A stretch of 63,789 bases of DNA, filler included, from Chiloscyllium plagiosum (Eukaryota): the NCBI RefSeq assembly GCF_004010195.1. It is 4 parts of one record of this genome, joined end to end, with 100 filler letters (N's around TTAATTAATTAA, not from the genome) between each part and the next. Parts side by side here need not be neighbours in the genome. Positions count along the whole stretch, not along the records: positions 1 to 13,920 come from NC_057710.1; 3 more parts are not named here. One strand, written 5' to 3'. Of the stretch, positions 1 to 12,640 are shown piece after piece. The translations under genes were made by a program, and so were the position numbers. How positions within the stretch are numbered: the first letter of the stretch is position 1; the number at the start of each line of letters is the position of its first letter. Below the pieces are notes generated by a model. That model did not search any database. It worked only from the letters and a program-made list of their open reading frames with translations, and had not been told where the DNA came from.

Positions 1-213
1 GGGGTAGATTCTTTATTCAGCGAGTCGTGAGTTCATGGAATGCCCTGCCAGTAGCAGTGGTGGACTCTTCCACTTTATGGGCATTTAAACGGGCATTGGA
101 TAGGCATATGGAGGATAGTGGGCTAGTGTAGGTTAGGTGGGCTTGGATCAGCGCAACATCGAGGGCCAAAGGGCCTGTACTGCGCTGTATTTTTCTATGT
201 TCTATGTTCTATG
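1..213 (+). mobile_element. CR1-type LINE 3' end
   Basis: CR1-like C-terminus/3' UTR ending gggccaaagggcctgtactgcgctg followed by a (TTCTATG)n tail. Confidence 0.85.
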
Positions 214-344
214 AGAAAAATCGAAATGTCTCTGGGAGTTTCCACTCACATAGTTACAATTATATCGATATCCACCAACAAGTGATCAGAAATTACTTTA
301 GTTGTTACTTCAGACCCTTATCTAATACGTATTATAGATGTACA

Positions 345-1450
345 AAGTCACGATTAGATCTCATGGAACACAGGGAGAACTAGCCATTTGGATACAGGAC
401 TGGCTCAAAGGTAGAAGACAGACGGTGGTGGTGGAGGGTTGCTTTTTAGACTGGAGGCCTGTGACCTGTGGAGTGCCACAAGGATTGGTGCTGGGTCAAC
501 TACTTTTCGTCATTTAGGCTCACATCCAAATCATTTATATAAGAGGTACAGTTAGTAAGTTTGCAGATGACACCAAAATTGGAGGTGTAGTGGACAGTGA
601 AGAAGGTTACCTCAGATTACAACAAGATCTTGATCAGATGGGCCAATTGGCGGATGAGTGGCAGATGGAGTTTAATTTAGAGAAATGTGAAGTGCTGCAG
701 GACTTATACACTTAATGGTAAGGTCCTAGGGAGTGTTGCTGAACAAAGTCACCTTGGAGTGCAGGTTCATTGCTCCTTGAAAGTGGAGTCGCAGGTACTT
801 AGGATAGTGAGGAAGGTGTTTGGTATGCTTTCCTTTATTGGTCAGATTATTGAGTACAGGAGTTGGGAGGTCATATTGCGGCTGTAAAAGACATTGGTTA
901 GGTCACTTGTGGAATATTGTGTGCAAATCTGGTCTCCTTCCTGTTAGAAGGATGTTGTGAAACTTGAAAGTGTTCAGAACAAATTTACAAGGATGTTGTC
1001 AGGGTTGGAGGATTTGAACTATAGTAAGCGGCTGAATAGGCTGGGGCTGTTTTCCCTGGAACACGGAGGCTGAGCGGTGACCTTATATAGGTTTATAAAA
1101 TCATGAGGGGCATGGATAGGATAAATAAACAAAGTCTCTTCCCTGGGGTGTGGGAGTCCAGAATTACAGGGTTTAGGGTGAGAGGTGAAAGATACAAAAG
1201 AGACCGAAGGGGCAATGTTTTCACACAGAGGGTGGTACGTGTATGGAATGAGCTGCCAGAAGAAGTGGTGGAGGCTGGTACGATTGTAACATTTAAAATG
1301 CATCTGGATGGGCATATGAATAGGAAGGGTTTAGCGGGATATGGGCCAGGTGCTAGCAGGTGGGACTAGATTGGGTTAGGATATCTGGTCAGCATGGACA
1401 AGTTGGACTGAAGGGTCTGTGTCTGTGCTCTGCATCTCTATGACTTTATG
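345..1450 (+). mobile_element. 5'-truncated CR1-type LINE (HER1-like), decayed RT C-terminus
   Basis: Fragments SKFADDTKIGG, DLGVQVH-like and QRVVRVWNELPEEVVEAG, with frameshifts; CTCTATGACT tail. Confidence 0.92.
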
Positions 1451-1789
1451 AGCAGGTCCAGGATCTTGGATTATTTTGCTGTCAACAATGATTCATTGCC
1501 GTGCTAGCTTTAATCCTAAACCTTTCTTCATTGATGACCTGTGTTATCTGGAAGCTGCTTACCTCTACATTACCTTAAAGTGCCACATGATTTTGCCATT
1601 AGAGATTAACTGCTCCAGGTTTCCTGTTTTCTTTGTTACCTATGAAATTAAAGCCCAACATATAGTCTCCACTTGCAGGAGAAACAGGTTTGTTCCTTCA
1701 AGATAAATTTGAAGTCCCTCTCCATGACTGCATTAAAATCATTTTGGTATATGTTTGATTTGGGCTATCAACTGTAGCTCTGTTCTAGT

Positions 1790-1900
1790 GATGTTTCTTT
1801 GAGTCTGAAGGCTACAAGTTCAATTACATAATCTAGGCTAATGCCATCAGTGCTGTACTGAGTAAGTGCTGCACTGTTGGAGATGCTGCCTGAGGCCCCC
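1790..1900 (+). mobile_element. Decayed Deu-domain-like SINE (SacSINE1/AmnSINE-type) fragment
   Basis: cataatctaggct...gtactgagtaagtgctgcactgttggagatgc resembles the recalled Deu-SINE core; related minus-strand copies occur near 32580, 56680 and 60680. Confidence 0.55.
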
Positions 1901-2191
1901 ACACACTCTCAGATAGTGAAATAGCTAAGAAAGGGCTCAGAATACTGTCTACTCAAGCTCCTGAGCATCTTGATGCTGAGATGATTGGCCTCAGCCAGTG
2001 AAGAATTGTGCCCCTGATGTTCCCATTGGCTTCCATTTTGTCAGGGTTCCTTCTGCTCACATTATGTTGAATGCTGTACTGAGGAGGCCATGTTGGCATA
2101 AATGGTGAAAATGTTGGGTTTGTAACGCCGTAGGTTTGATTTCAGCTTATTGATTATTAGATATAGTTCTGAGGGCTCAAGGGATCAAAGG

Positions 2192-2288
2192 GATGCCTGA
2201 TGAAGGGCTTATGCCCAAAACGTCGATTCTCCTGCTCCTTGGATGCTGCCTGACCCACTGTGCTTTTCCAGCCCTACACTCTTGACTA
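2192..2288 (+). mobile_element. Short PLE terminal-repeat insertion with a decayed hammerhead core, inside a CR1 tail
   Basis: CTGATGA-A-GGGC-TTAT-GCCC-aAAACGTC (G12 mutated to A); 13-bp TSD aagggatcaaagg at 2179-2191 and 2289-2301. Confidence 0.85.
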
Positions 2289-2799
2289 AAGGGATCAAAG
2301 GTGTGAGGTGAAAGTGGGAACAGGGTACTGAGCTGGATGTTCAGTCATGATCATATTTAATGGCAGAGTAGTCTCAAAAGGCCAAATTGCCTACTCTTGC
2401 CCCTATTTTCTACGTTTCTCTCTCACTCCTCATTATTAAGGTGCCAGTTATTATTGGTGGGATTGAATTTTTATCTACAAGTGTAAGGAGTTTTCAGTGT
2501 TTCCCCTTCTTTCCTTTGGAAAACATATTTACTAACTTATACAGTTTATTCTTGCAAGGTGTAATAATGGACAGGGAGTAGCTCTGAAAAAATAATACAA
2601 CTGTTGTATTTTCCCTGCATAACAATTGCACATCAAAGTTTTCGGATGTATGGATCATTCTGAGAATGCAGAGTGTAGGTTTTATAATACCAATGATAAT
2701 CGATCCCATAAGAAACAGGAACAGGACTAGGCTGTTCAACTCCTCGAGCCTGCTCCACCATTCAATAAGATCGGACACTCCTTTTATAAATGTAACTTT

Positions 2800-3160
2800 G
2801 TTCCTTCTACATGATTTGGAGATGCCAGTGTTGGACTGGAGTGTACAAAGTTAATAACCACACAACACTAGGTTATAGCCCAACGGGTTTATTTGGAAGC
2901 CCTAGCTTTCGGAGCGCTGCTCCTTCATCAGCTGGGTGTGAGTTTAAGATTGTAAGACACAGAATTTATAGCAAAAGTTTGCAGTGTGATGTAACTGAAA
3001 TTATATGTTGAAAAAGACCTGGATTGTTTGTTAAGTCTCTCATCTTTTAGAATGAACATGTTATTTTCAGTTCTTTCTTATGAAAATCACAGAACTTTTT
3101 TAAAGTTACATTCTCAAGTGAACTTTAACAACTGATGTCATATCAGCCCAGATAATGGAG
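2800..3160 (-). mobile_element. PLE terminal-repeat fragment of a distinct family, with hammerhead core at 2903-2931
   Basis: Minus strand reads CTGATGA-A-GGAGC-AGC-GCTCC-GAAAGCTA (stem II GGAGC/GCTCC, palindromic AGCT). Confidence 0.7.
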
Positions 3161-3554
3161 ATGACAGTGTCTAGGCCGGTTACATCCCCCAACGAATGCA
3201 GTCTCTGCAGCCTCACTGATAATGAGTGCTTGCTTCCACCACCAGCACTATTATTCAGTTGGTTGCACTCCTCTGTGAAACAGAAAGAAAGTGAAATGAG
3301 TTAAGGATGTGACTCTGCAGGGTTCAAACTTTCTAATAAATTCTTCACTTTGCCTCCAGCGTGATCTATTCCAGAGAAAATATGAAACAAAATGTTTCCA
3401 GAAAATATACGAGCTACCGAATCAGCAGCCCATTTTAAACTCCAAATGATCTTCTTTTCAATGAAGATATTGGTCAAAGGTCAATTAACCCCACTGTACA
3501 TTGGATGCTAATTTGATATGAGCGTGTTTTATAATACCAATGATAATCAATTCC

Positions 3555-3955
3555 ATAAGAAACAGGAACAGGAGTAGGCTGTTCAGCCCCTTGAGCCTGC
3601 TCCACCATTCAGTAGGATCCGACACTTCTTTTGTTCACTTTCCTTTCCCGATAATCCTGGATTCCCCTACTGATCATGAATCTATGTATTTCAGCCTTAA
3701 ATATACACAAGGAATCAGCTTTCTGTGACAAGGAGTTCCAAAGGCTTACAACACTTTGAGAGAAGCAATTCTTCCTCGTCTCAGTCTCTAGTTAGTGCCC
3801 CTTACTTCTGCGACTATGCCCTCTGGTCCTAGACTATCTCATGAGAGGAAACTTCCTCTCAACATTGAATCTGTCAAGCCCCTTATGAATCCCATAGATT
3901 TCAATGAGATCAACTTGCATTCTTCTACACTCCAGTCAGTAGGGTCCCAACCTGA
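3555..3955 (-). mobile_element. CR1-type LINE 3' fragment
   Basis: Reverse complement of a CR1 tail (cataagaaacaggaacaggagtaggc...gagcctgctccaccattc) followed by RT C-terminal sequence. Confidence 0.75.
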
Positions 3956-4469
3956 GAGGGTACTGGAGAGCGTTTCAACAAGTATACCTTAAAACATCTG
4001 ATCCTTTCAAATTACTCTTCAATCATTTTGAGCTTGCCTATGCAAAACACCTAACACTGGATGGACTCAGACAGATCCCTTGACTGTGAGTATCTCCTGG
4101 TGACTGATCATGGCCAGCTCCCTGGACTATGCATGGACTGTGTCCATCACTGAATCCCTAATTGGCAGTGGTACCCCCTTGAGTGGACTAAAAACTGGTC
4201 CCCACCAGTTCTGAGATGGTAATTTGGTTGAATGGTGTGCAGTGTGTTGCACATTTGGCTGACATCTTGATGCCATGCTGCACAAATGCCCACTGCCAAA
4301 TGGTATGACAGTTTGCTTCAAATGAAACACAGCTGTCCATTTCAATATGCAACACCACTAGCTTTAGGGTCCAGCTGAAGCATCAATGTACTAACAGACA
4401 CTGTAAGAAAGCAGGTAGGGACCAAGTTAATGAGTGTTAAGAGAGTGAGTGAGCAGCCCTGAGAAAGCC

Positions 4470-4677
4470 TGTCTTCATCTATCCCCACTTCACCACCCTG
4501 CCCCCTGCCTCCCCTTTATCTGCAGCTCCCCACCATCCACACCCACCCCCAGTCCTGAAGAAGGGTTACACCCGAAATGTCGACTTCTGCACCTCCTGAT
4601 GCTTCCTGGCTTGCTGTGTTCTTCCAGTCTCCTGCCTGTCTACTTTAGATTCCAGCATCTGTAGTTTTTTTGTCTCT
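4470..4677 (+). mobile_element. PLE terminal-repeat fragment
   Basis: C-rich leader, hammerhead core, and gatgct...ttccagcatctg terminus shared with the other PLE ends in the window. Confidence 0.8.
4551..4585 (+). ncRNA. Minimal type I hammerhead ribozyme motif
   Basis: AGTC-CTGAAGA-A-GGGT-TAC-ACCC-GAAA-TGTC-GACT: 4-bp stem I AGTC/GACT, stem II GGGT/ACCC, GUC cleavage triplet; the stem III palindrome has decayed from ACGT to ATGT. Confidence 0.7.
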
Positions 4678-5189
4678 AGTCCAATCAATGAGCATGTGCA
4701 CAAAGTGTCATTACAACCTTAGTTCAAACATGGTCAAAAGAGCTGAATCCCAGAGGTTAGGTGAGAGGGTCTCTAGTGAACATCAAGGCAGTATTTGTGG
4801 CAACAAAATTAAAATCATTGGGATTCAAGGGTAAAATTCTCCACTGTAGGAGTCATACCTGGCCGATAGGAAGATGGTTGTGGCTGTTAGAGGTCAGTCA
4901 TCTCCGCTGTAGGATATCTCTGCAGGAGTTCCTAAGGGTAGTGTCCTAGACCCAACCATCTTCAGCTGCTTCATCAGTGACCTTCCCTCCATTATAAGGT
5001 CAGAAGTGCGGATACTCACTGACGATTGCACAATGTATACATGACTCCTCAGATACTGAAGTTCATATCCAAATCCAATGAGATTGGGACAATATCCAGG
5101 ATTAGACTAAAGGGCAAGTAAAACTTGTGCCATATAAATGCCAGTCAATGACCAACAAAAGGAATCCACCCATCAATCCTTGACATTCA

Positions 5190-6470
5190 GTAGGAGTTGG
5201 GAGGTCATGTTGCGCTGTAATGGAAGGCCTCTTAGTTAGGCCACTTTATTGGTTAGGCCTCTTTTGGAATACTGTGTGCAATTCTGGTCTTCTTGCTATA
5301 GGAAAAGTGTTGTGAAACTTGAAAGGGTTCAGAAAAGACTTACAAGGATGTTGCTGAAAATGTGTTGCTGGAACAGCGCAGCAGGTCAGGCAGCATCCAG
5401 GGGACAGGAGAATCGACGTTTCGGGCATAAGCCCTTCTTCAGGAATGAGGAAAGTGTGTCCAGCAGGCTAAGATAAAAGGTAGGGAGGAGGGACTTGGGG
5501 GACGGGCATTGGAAATGCGATAGGTGGAAAGAGGTTAAGGTGAGGGTGATAAGGTGAGGGTGATAGGCTGGAGTGGGGGTGGGGGCNNNNNNNNNNNNNN
5601 NNNNNNNNNNNNNNNNNNNNNNNNNNNNNNNNNNNNNNNNNNNNNNNNNNNNNNNNNNNNNNNNNNNNNNNNNNNNNNNNNNNNNNNNNNNNNNNNNNNN
5701 NNNNNNNNNNNNNNNNNNNNNNNNNNNNNNNNNNNNNNNNNNNNNNNNNNNNNNNNNNNNNNNNNNNNNNNNNNNNNNNNNNNNNNNNNNNNNNNNNNNN
5801 NNNNNNNNNNNNNNNNNNNNNNNNNNNNNNNNGGGGAGGTGTGGGCGCGAGTCTTGCACCTCCTGCGGTTGCAGGGGAGGGTGCCGGGAGTGGAGGTTGG
5901 GTTGGTGGGGGGTGTGGATCTGACGAGGGAGTCACGGAGGGAGTGGTCTTTACGGAATGCGGATAGGGGAGGGGAGGGAAATATATCCTTGGTGGTGGGG
6001 TCCGTTTGGAGGTGGCGGAAATGACGGCGGATGATACGCTGTACATGGAGATTGTGGGGTGGTAGATGAGGACCAGTAGGGTTCTGTCCTGGTGGCGGTT
6101 GGAGGGGCGGGGCTCAAGGGCGGAGGAGCGGGAAGTGGAAGAGATGCGGTGGAAGGCATCGTCGACCACGTCGGGGGGGAAATTGCGGTCTACTTCTTCA
6201 ACCAGGATTCTCGCCTTCAACCAGGACTTTCCCATACAAGGATGTTGCCAGGGTTGGAGGGTTTGAGCCATAGGGAGCTGTGGAATAGGCTGGGGCTATT
6301 CAGAGGAGGGTCAGAGGCTGAGGGGTAACCTTTTAGAGATTTATAAAATCACGAGGGTTATGGATAGCGTGATTAGCCAAAGTCTATCCATCGGGTAAGG
6401 AAGTCCAAGCTAGAGGACATAGATTTAAGGTGAGAGGGGAAAGATTCAAAAGGGAGCTAAAGGGCAATTG
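5190..6470 (+). mobile_element. CR1-type LINE fragment nested in LINE family B
   Basis: VRPLLEYCVQFWS...LERVQKRLTRML, continuing PGLEGLS after the PLE insertion. Confidence 0.85.
5355..6234 (-). mobile_element. Penelope-like element (5'-truncated; spans the assembly gap 5587-5832)
   Basis: Terminal repeat with intact hammerhead core at 5413-5444; PLE thumb/linker peptide (DRNFPPDVV...LVLIYHPT); 14-bp TSD tacaaggatgttgc at 5341-5354 and 6235-6248. Confidence 0.88.
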
Positions 6471-7917
6471 GGAATCCAACCATTGGCATTATTGTCACTG
6501 AGTCACTATCAACAGCCTGAGGGTTACTTTTGACAAGAAAATAATTGGACCTGCTATACAAATACCATGGCTACCAGAACACGTTAGAGGTTAGGAATTC
6601 GGCATTGGGTTATAGAATAGGTTATCTCCCCAACACCTTGCATCCACCATTCAACATTCACTCCATTTACCACTGCTGCACAATGTCACCTGTGTGTACT
6701 GAAGAAGAACGATAGCAAATACATGGGAACACCATCACCTGCAAGTTCACTTCTAAAACAAACACTATCCTGTCTTGAACCAAATTGTCATACATTCCTG
6801 GAACTGGGTTAAAGTTTCTCACTAACAGCATTGTAGGTTTACCTGCACTTGAAGGACTGTGGCAGTTCAGCATCATCTTCTCAACACTATTTGTGGACAA
6901 TGAATGCTGTCCCGGCCAGTGGCACCTACGTCCTGTGAACAAATAAACAAGTTCACCCTTCCTGAGATTGCTAATAAATGTACATATATCTATGGTAATA
7001 CACTCCTACAATAAACTTTCAAAAATAATACGTTGCTTCTCGCTGCAGAATGTCAACTTCTATAAATATTATCACTCTCAGGTCATGGGTTTCATTGTTT
7101 CATGGGGAGCTTCCACAACATGTTATTTTCGTCACAGTCTCGATTGCAGTTCAGAGGAGATATCAGAGGTTACTTAAACTGAGAGACAAAAGGAAACATT
7201 TGTCTGTGTCTGTCTTTCCGGACACTTGATGAATTGTCTGCCTGTGATGGAAACAGTTGATAATACCTCGAAATATGGTCTGTTCTATTTACTGTTAACT
7301 TTCCTTCATCACTCAAAAATACACTGATGTTGAAAGATTTTCCTGATCACACCAAAAAGCATTGCAACTTGTGCTGCATTCTCGACTTATTGCCTGATGT
7401 TTCCCGCACAATGTCAGCTGCTTCCCAGATTGGGATCAAATGTTTATCATTCTTGTGAAATTTTGAAGATAGCAGAATAACCAGCTTTCAATCCATCTAC
7501 CTCTCTCTAATGGACAGTCATAGTGTTGATGGTAAAATGTCAACACAATGTTCACAAATTTTGTTTTACTATATTCTCTTGCCAACTATCCAAAACTTCT
7601 TTCCTGTCCTGAACATCTTTCATGTCTGCTGAGGAGAGACATTGCTGAGCGAATTCTTTGTGACATTAGCCACAAATTTCCTCGCTGGTGTCATTTAAGT
7701 GGCTGGTGGGTTTAATTAGTCTATTGACTGCAAGGTTCGGGTTTTGTGGTGCAGTAATAGTATCTCTGGCTCTGGTCTAAAAGGCCTGTGTTCAAGTCTG
7801 ACCTGTGCTATAGGGATATTGTACCAGGTTGATTAATAATAACAATTATAAGGAAGCCTCTAATTTAGGTAGCAGTTTCCAGAAACTGTCCAAGTATGTT
7901 CCAAACATCTTTACATC

Positions 7918-8845
7918 ATATAGTCATAGAGATGTTCAGCACGGAAACAGACCCTTGGGTCCAACTCCTCCTTGCCGACTAGGTATCCAAAATAAATCTA
8001 GTCCCATTTGCCAGCACTTGACCCATATCCCACTCAACCCTTCCTATTCATATACCCATCCAAATACCTTTTAAATGTTGTAATTATACTAGCCTCCACC
8101 ACCTCCTCTGGCAGCTCATTCCATACACACACCACCTTCTGGGTGAAAAAATTGCCCCTTAGCTCCCTTTTGAATTTTTCCCCTCTCACCTTAAACTTAT
8201 GCCCTCTACTTTAGACTTCCCTACCCTAGGGAAAGGCCTTGGCTATTCACGCTATCCATAACCCTCGTGATTTATAAGGTTACCCATCAGCCTCTGATGT
8301 TCCTGTGAAAATAGTCCCCGCCTATTCAGCTGTTCCCTATGGCTCAAACCATCCAACCCTGGTAACCTCCTTGTATATCTTTTCTGAACCCTTTCAAGTT
8401 TCACAATATCTTTCCTATAGCAGGGAGACCAGAACTGCACATGGTATTCCAAAAGTTGCCTAACCAATGTCCTGTACAGCCGCAAAATAACCTCCCAACT
8501 CCCATACTCATTGCATTGACCAATAAAGGCAAGAGTAACAAATGCCTTCTTCACTCCCCTATCTACCTGCGACTCCACTTTCAAGGAAGTATGACCCTGC
8601 ACTCCAAGATCTCTTTGTTCAGCTACAATCCTAAGGACCTTACTATTAAGTGGATAAGTCCAAATCATTTATATAAATGACAAAAAACAGTGGAACCAGC
8701 AATGATCCTTGTGGCATACTACTGGTCACAGGCCTCCAGTCTGAAGAGCAACCCTTCACCACTACCCTCTGTCTCCTACCTTCAAGCCAATTTTGTATCC
8801 AAATGGCTAGATCTCCCTGTATTGCATGTAATCTAACCTTGCTAA
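7918..8845 (-). mobile_element. CR1-type LINE, decayed RT and 3' tail
   Basis: WIQNWLEGRRQRVVV, PQGSLLVP, FVIYINDLD, RDLGVQ, LVRQLLEY; CTCTATGACT tail on the minus strand. Confidence 0.92.
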
Positions 8846-8871
8846 CCTGTCTATAGTTTTCCAACCATTTA

Positions 8872-9095
8872 TGATTAGATTAGATTCTCTACAGTGTGGA
8901 AACAGGCCCTTGGGCCCAACAAGTCCACACCGCCCCTCCGAAAAGAAACCCACCCAAACCCATTCCCCTACCCAATATTTACCCCTGACTAATGCACCTA
9001 ACACTGTGGGCAATTTAGAATGGCCAATTCACGTGACCTGCACATCTTCGGATTGTGGGAGGAAACCGGAGCACCCGGAGGAAACCCATGCAGAT
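8872..9095 (-). mobile_element. V-core/HE1-like SINE, 3' part
   Basis: gggtttcctccgggtgctccggtttcctcccacaatcc core; tail gggcctgtttccacactg-(ATCTA)n. Confidence 0.85.
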
Positions 9096-10472
9096 TTATG
9101 TATGTTCTGAAATGTCATCACTGTTATAATGTAGGAAATCTGTCAGCTAATGTATGCATTCTTGAGGGCATAAATGCAAGAGATATGGAAAAGATTCACA
9201 TATGGAGCTAATGGGTGATGGTAGCTGAATATTTTGTTCTGGTTCCGTCTAGGATTGTAAGACACTCCAATACTAGTAATCATAAATTTCCAAATCAGTA
9301 GATGATTTTCAATGGTTATTTTGCTCTGGGAGCTCTATTTATTTGAAATATTAGATAATGCTCAGTACAGAATTATACTGGATGGTATCCCCACCTTCAC
9401 TAACAGTGTTCATCCTTAATACAGATGGCTCTGTGTCTACATGTTAGTCTTGTTGTGCTTGTGTCCCACATTGTAAGATTATGTGACAATTTCAAGAAAT
9501 TGAGTTTGCCTCCAACCCTAACTATTGTGCTCATGAAATTGTAATATCCAACAATGGAAAAGAAAGGGAAGAAATCTTAATTAAATAATATTGATTTTTC
9601 AATGCTCGTCCATGCAATCAGACAATCTGACCATCCAATCAGATAATCCAGTATTATCAAAGCAGAAATGGTCTAGACTTGATAGCATCTGTGAAGAATG
9701 AAACAAAGTTGATGTTTCAGATCTGTGACCTCGGACTGAATTTTCCCATGTGCATCAGGAACCTAACCAGTGGCACTGCTTAGACCAAAAGAGCCATAGA
9801 CCACGAGAAACAGAAACAGGAGTAGACCATTTGGTCCCTCGAGCCTGCTCCACCGTTCTTATGATCATGGCTGATCTGATATGCCTCACATCCACTTTCC
9901 CTGTAACTCTTGATTCCTCAACTGGTCATGAATCTGCTTATTGCAACCTTAAACATGTGCAAGGACTCTGCCTACACAGCTCTCTGTGGCAAGGAGTTCC
10001 AAATCTCCGTTGATCATCTAGACCCTGCTGGCACAGCTCTCCTTGAATTAAGGATGTCAGGCAGTTTCCCAAGATAGAAATAGGAGGAATCGCAGCATCA
10101 AGTCTCACTCAGTGAGGTGAACAATGTAGAAGGAAGAAAGGTGAGAGCAAGGGTGCTTGAAGGTGGAACAACATTTGGAAGCCTGTAGAAAATTGGAAAA
10201 TGTAAGTGACAGTTGTTAGGGCTATCAATGTGGAAGGAAACTCCAATCAACAGGTTGGTTATGACTGAAATTGCAGTCTTTTGATTCTGGTGACTCTTCC
10301 ATTGGATCATTGGGAGGAGACAACGCTAAACCCTTCAATGTCCTGAAGCAAACCAGCAGGTTTGGCTGCCTCCAGGAAGATTGTGATGGATATCTTACCA
10401 TGGTCAATTCTAGCTTCCTCCTCCAGAGGTAAGTTTGAAATTAGGGTCCCAGCAATATGCCAGCCCTTTATC

Positions 10473-10499
10473 CTCTCTCTCTCTCTCTCTCTCTCTCTC
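10473..10499. repeat. (CT)n microsatellite
   Basis: Read directly from the sequence. Confidence 0.95.
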
Positions 10500-12309
10500 C
10501 ACAGTTGCTGTCAGATCTGTTGAGTATATCCAACATGTTTGGTTTTTGAATGAGATTTCCAGCATCTACATGATTTTGTTTTCTTGTTCAGGTAATCAGG
10601 TAAATTCTTCTTTTGCAATAAGGGTTCCGCTTTCATTAACAAAACATGTTTTTCTTTTATGCTTAGATAGGATGAGGAATTGTGCGTTATTGTCACAATA
10701 ATGTCCAGTAATGATGTATTTCAACTTGATTTCTGTCATGTATTTGTAAACAAATAGGAAAAAGATTTGACAAGGCATTTTCAGAATGTCGGTGTCCTTT
10801 AACTGCAGATTCTGAGTAATGTACTGAAACTGACAGGATGAAATGACATTTTGAGATATGTTTCCTTCTGAGCGTAGTTTATGACAAAAAAGAATAGATA
10901 ATGGGGATGCAGATGAGCAAATACAACTGTATTAAGCAGAAATGGACAAAAACATTAATTTCAGGTGCTAATCTGTCACTTGACGCCATTGTAGAAGAAC
11001 TGAAAGATAGCAAATGATGTTTTTAAATGTTTGTTCAGGACTTACTCACACTGTAGCACTTTAGTGATAATATGTGTTGCCTTACGCAGGAGGAACATAA
11101 ACCAGAAATGGATTTCTCTGGTGAATGGTGAATGAGGTTATATTCCCTTCCATTTTACACCAAGCTCAACCAGACCAATTGAATCCACTTCCACTGCCAT
11201 TTCGCACAATAAAATGGTTTAATAACGAACAGGATCTCCTCGCTTTGGCATGGGAATGATCAGTATATGGATCATTACCTAATAAAAATAATTACATCAT
11301 CAATAAAACATGTCAGCCATGAGTAATTTGTGTTGTGAGTATTTTCTAAGTACAAACAGTCAGTGAGGGAGTTTCATTTGCTATCAGATTACAACAAGGA
11401 TCGATGAAGAAGATCATATGTAATTTCAAATAAAAGCAAAGGACCCAATTTTCCCTCCCTGAAGATGGTAAGAAAGATAGTAAGAGGGGCAAATATTTTG
11501 GCGAGTTGGCCCCTGTTGAGAAACTGATCCCCTTCTCACTATCTCAGCAATTAAGTGCTGATTGGGAAGGTCCAGAGGCCATCTTCTCGAGTCACCACCA
11601 ATAAGGCACTTGAGCGGTTGATTAATGATCACAAGGATCTCAAGTTAACACTTCCCTAGTTACCAGCTTTTCTGGCAGGTGGGAAAAGTGTCTGGCTTCC
11701 TGAATTCGAAACCAGGATGAGCTGCCTGCTGAGTTGTAGGGGTGGGGGTTGGTGAGATCTCCATTTACCCTAACTTAGGACAGATGGTGGGCATGGATTT
11801 TAAAATTAACTTCATGGGATGTAGTCTTCACTAACAAGGCCAGCATTTATTGCCCCTAATTACCCTGGAGAATATTGTGGTGTGCTGCCTCTTGACTTGC
11901 AGCAGTCAATGGGGTGGAGTGACACTTAAAGTGCCATTAGGGATGGAATTCCAGGATCTCAACCCAGTGACACTGCAGGGATGTTGCTATAGTTTCAAGT
12001 CAAGATGGTTTGTGATTTGGAGGAGAATTTGCAAATGCGCTCACATTTTTGATTTAATAGAATATTCTGCACAGAAACAGCCCTTCAGCCCACGGAGACC
12101 ATGCCATTGGCTCCCTTTGAGCCTCCTCCGATATTTTCTCAACAAAATCTATCATAATGTAAACCTCTATCTATTCCCTTCTTCTTCATATGCTTGACCT
12201 TAAATGCATTTATAATAGTCACTTAACCCCTCCTGTGGGATCTGTGAACATGTATACCAATATCCCTCTCTTCCTTTATATTTCTGAGAATCCCAACATT
12301 TATTATCAA

Positions 12310-12640
12310 AGAATCCCTACAATGCAGTTCAGGCCGTTCAGCCCATACTAATCCTCCAAAAGCATCCCCCATTCACAACCACCCTACTAGTCTATCCCTG
12401 TATTTCTCATGGCTAATTCACCCAGCATGCACACCCCTCGACATTATATGGGCAACTTTAACATGACCTATCCATCTAATTCATACATCTTTGGACTGTG
12501 AGAGGAAATCAGAGTACCCGGAGGAAACCCATGCAGACACAGGGAGAATGACAGGGAAACTCCATACAGACAGTTGTCCGAGGACAGAATCGAACTCAGA
12601 TCCCTGGCGCTGTGAGGTAGTAGTACTAATCACTGAGCCA
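12310..12640 (-). mobile_element. V-core/HE1-like tRNA-derived SINE
   Basis: Minus strand has A box gtggctcagtg, B box gagttcgattc, and the ctgtctgtatggagtttc...gggtttcctccgg core. Confidence 0.85.

Larger units (their letters stand above)
4715..6950 (+). mobile_element. LINE family B (CR1/L2 superfamily) RT and 3' end, interrupted at about 5190-6470 by a CR1 fragment
   Basis: RT-like gacatcaaggcag / ttcagctgcttcatcagtgaccttccc sequence; resumes at about 6470 and ends aatgctg...cctgtgaacaaataaa, like 38290-39992. Confidence 0.75.
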
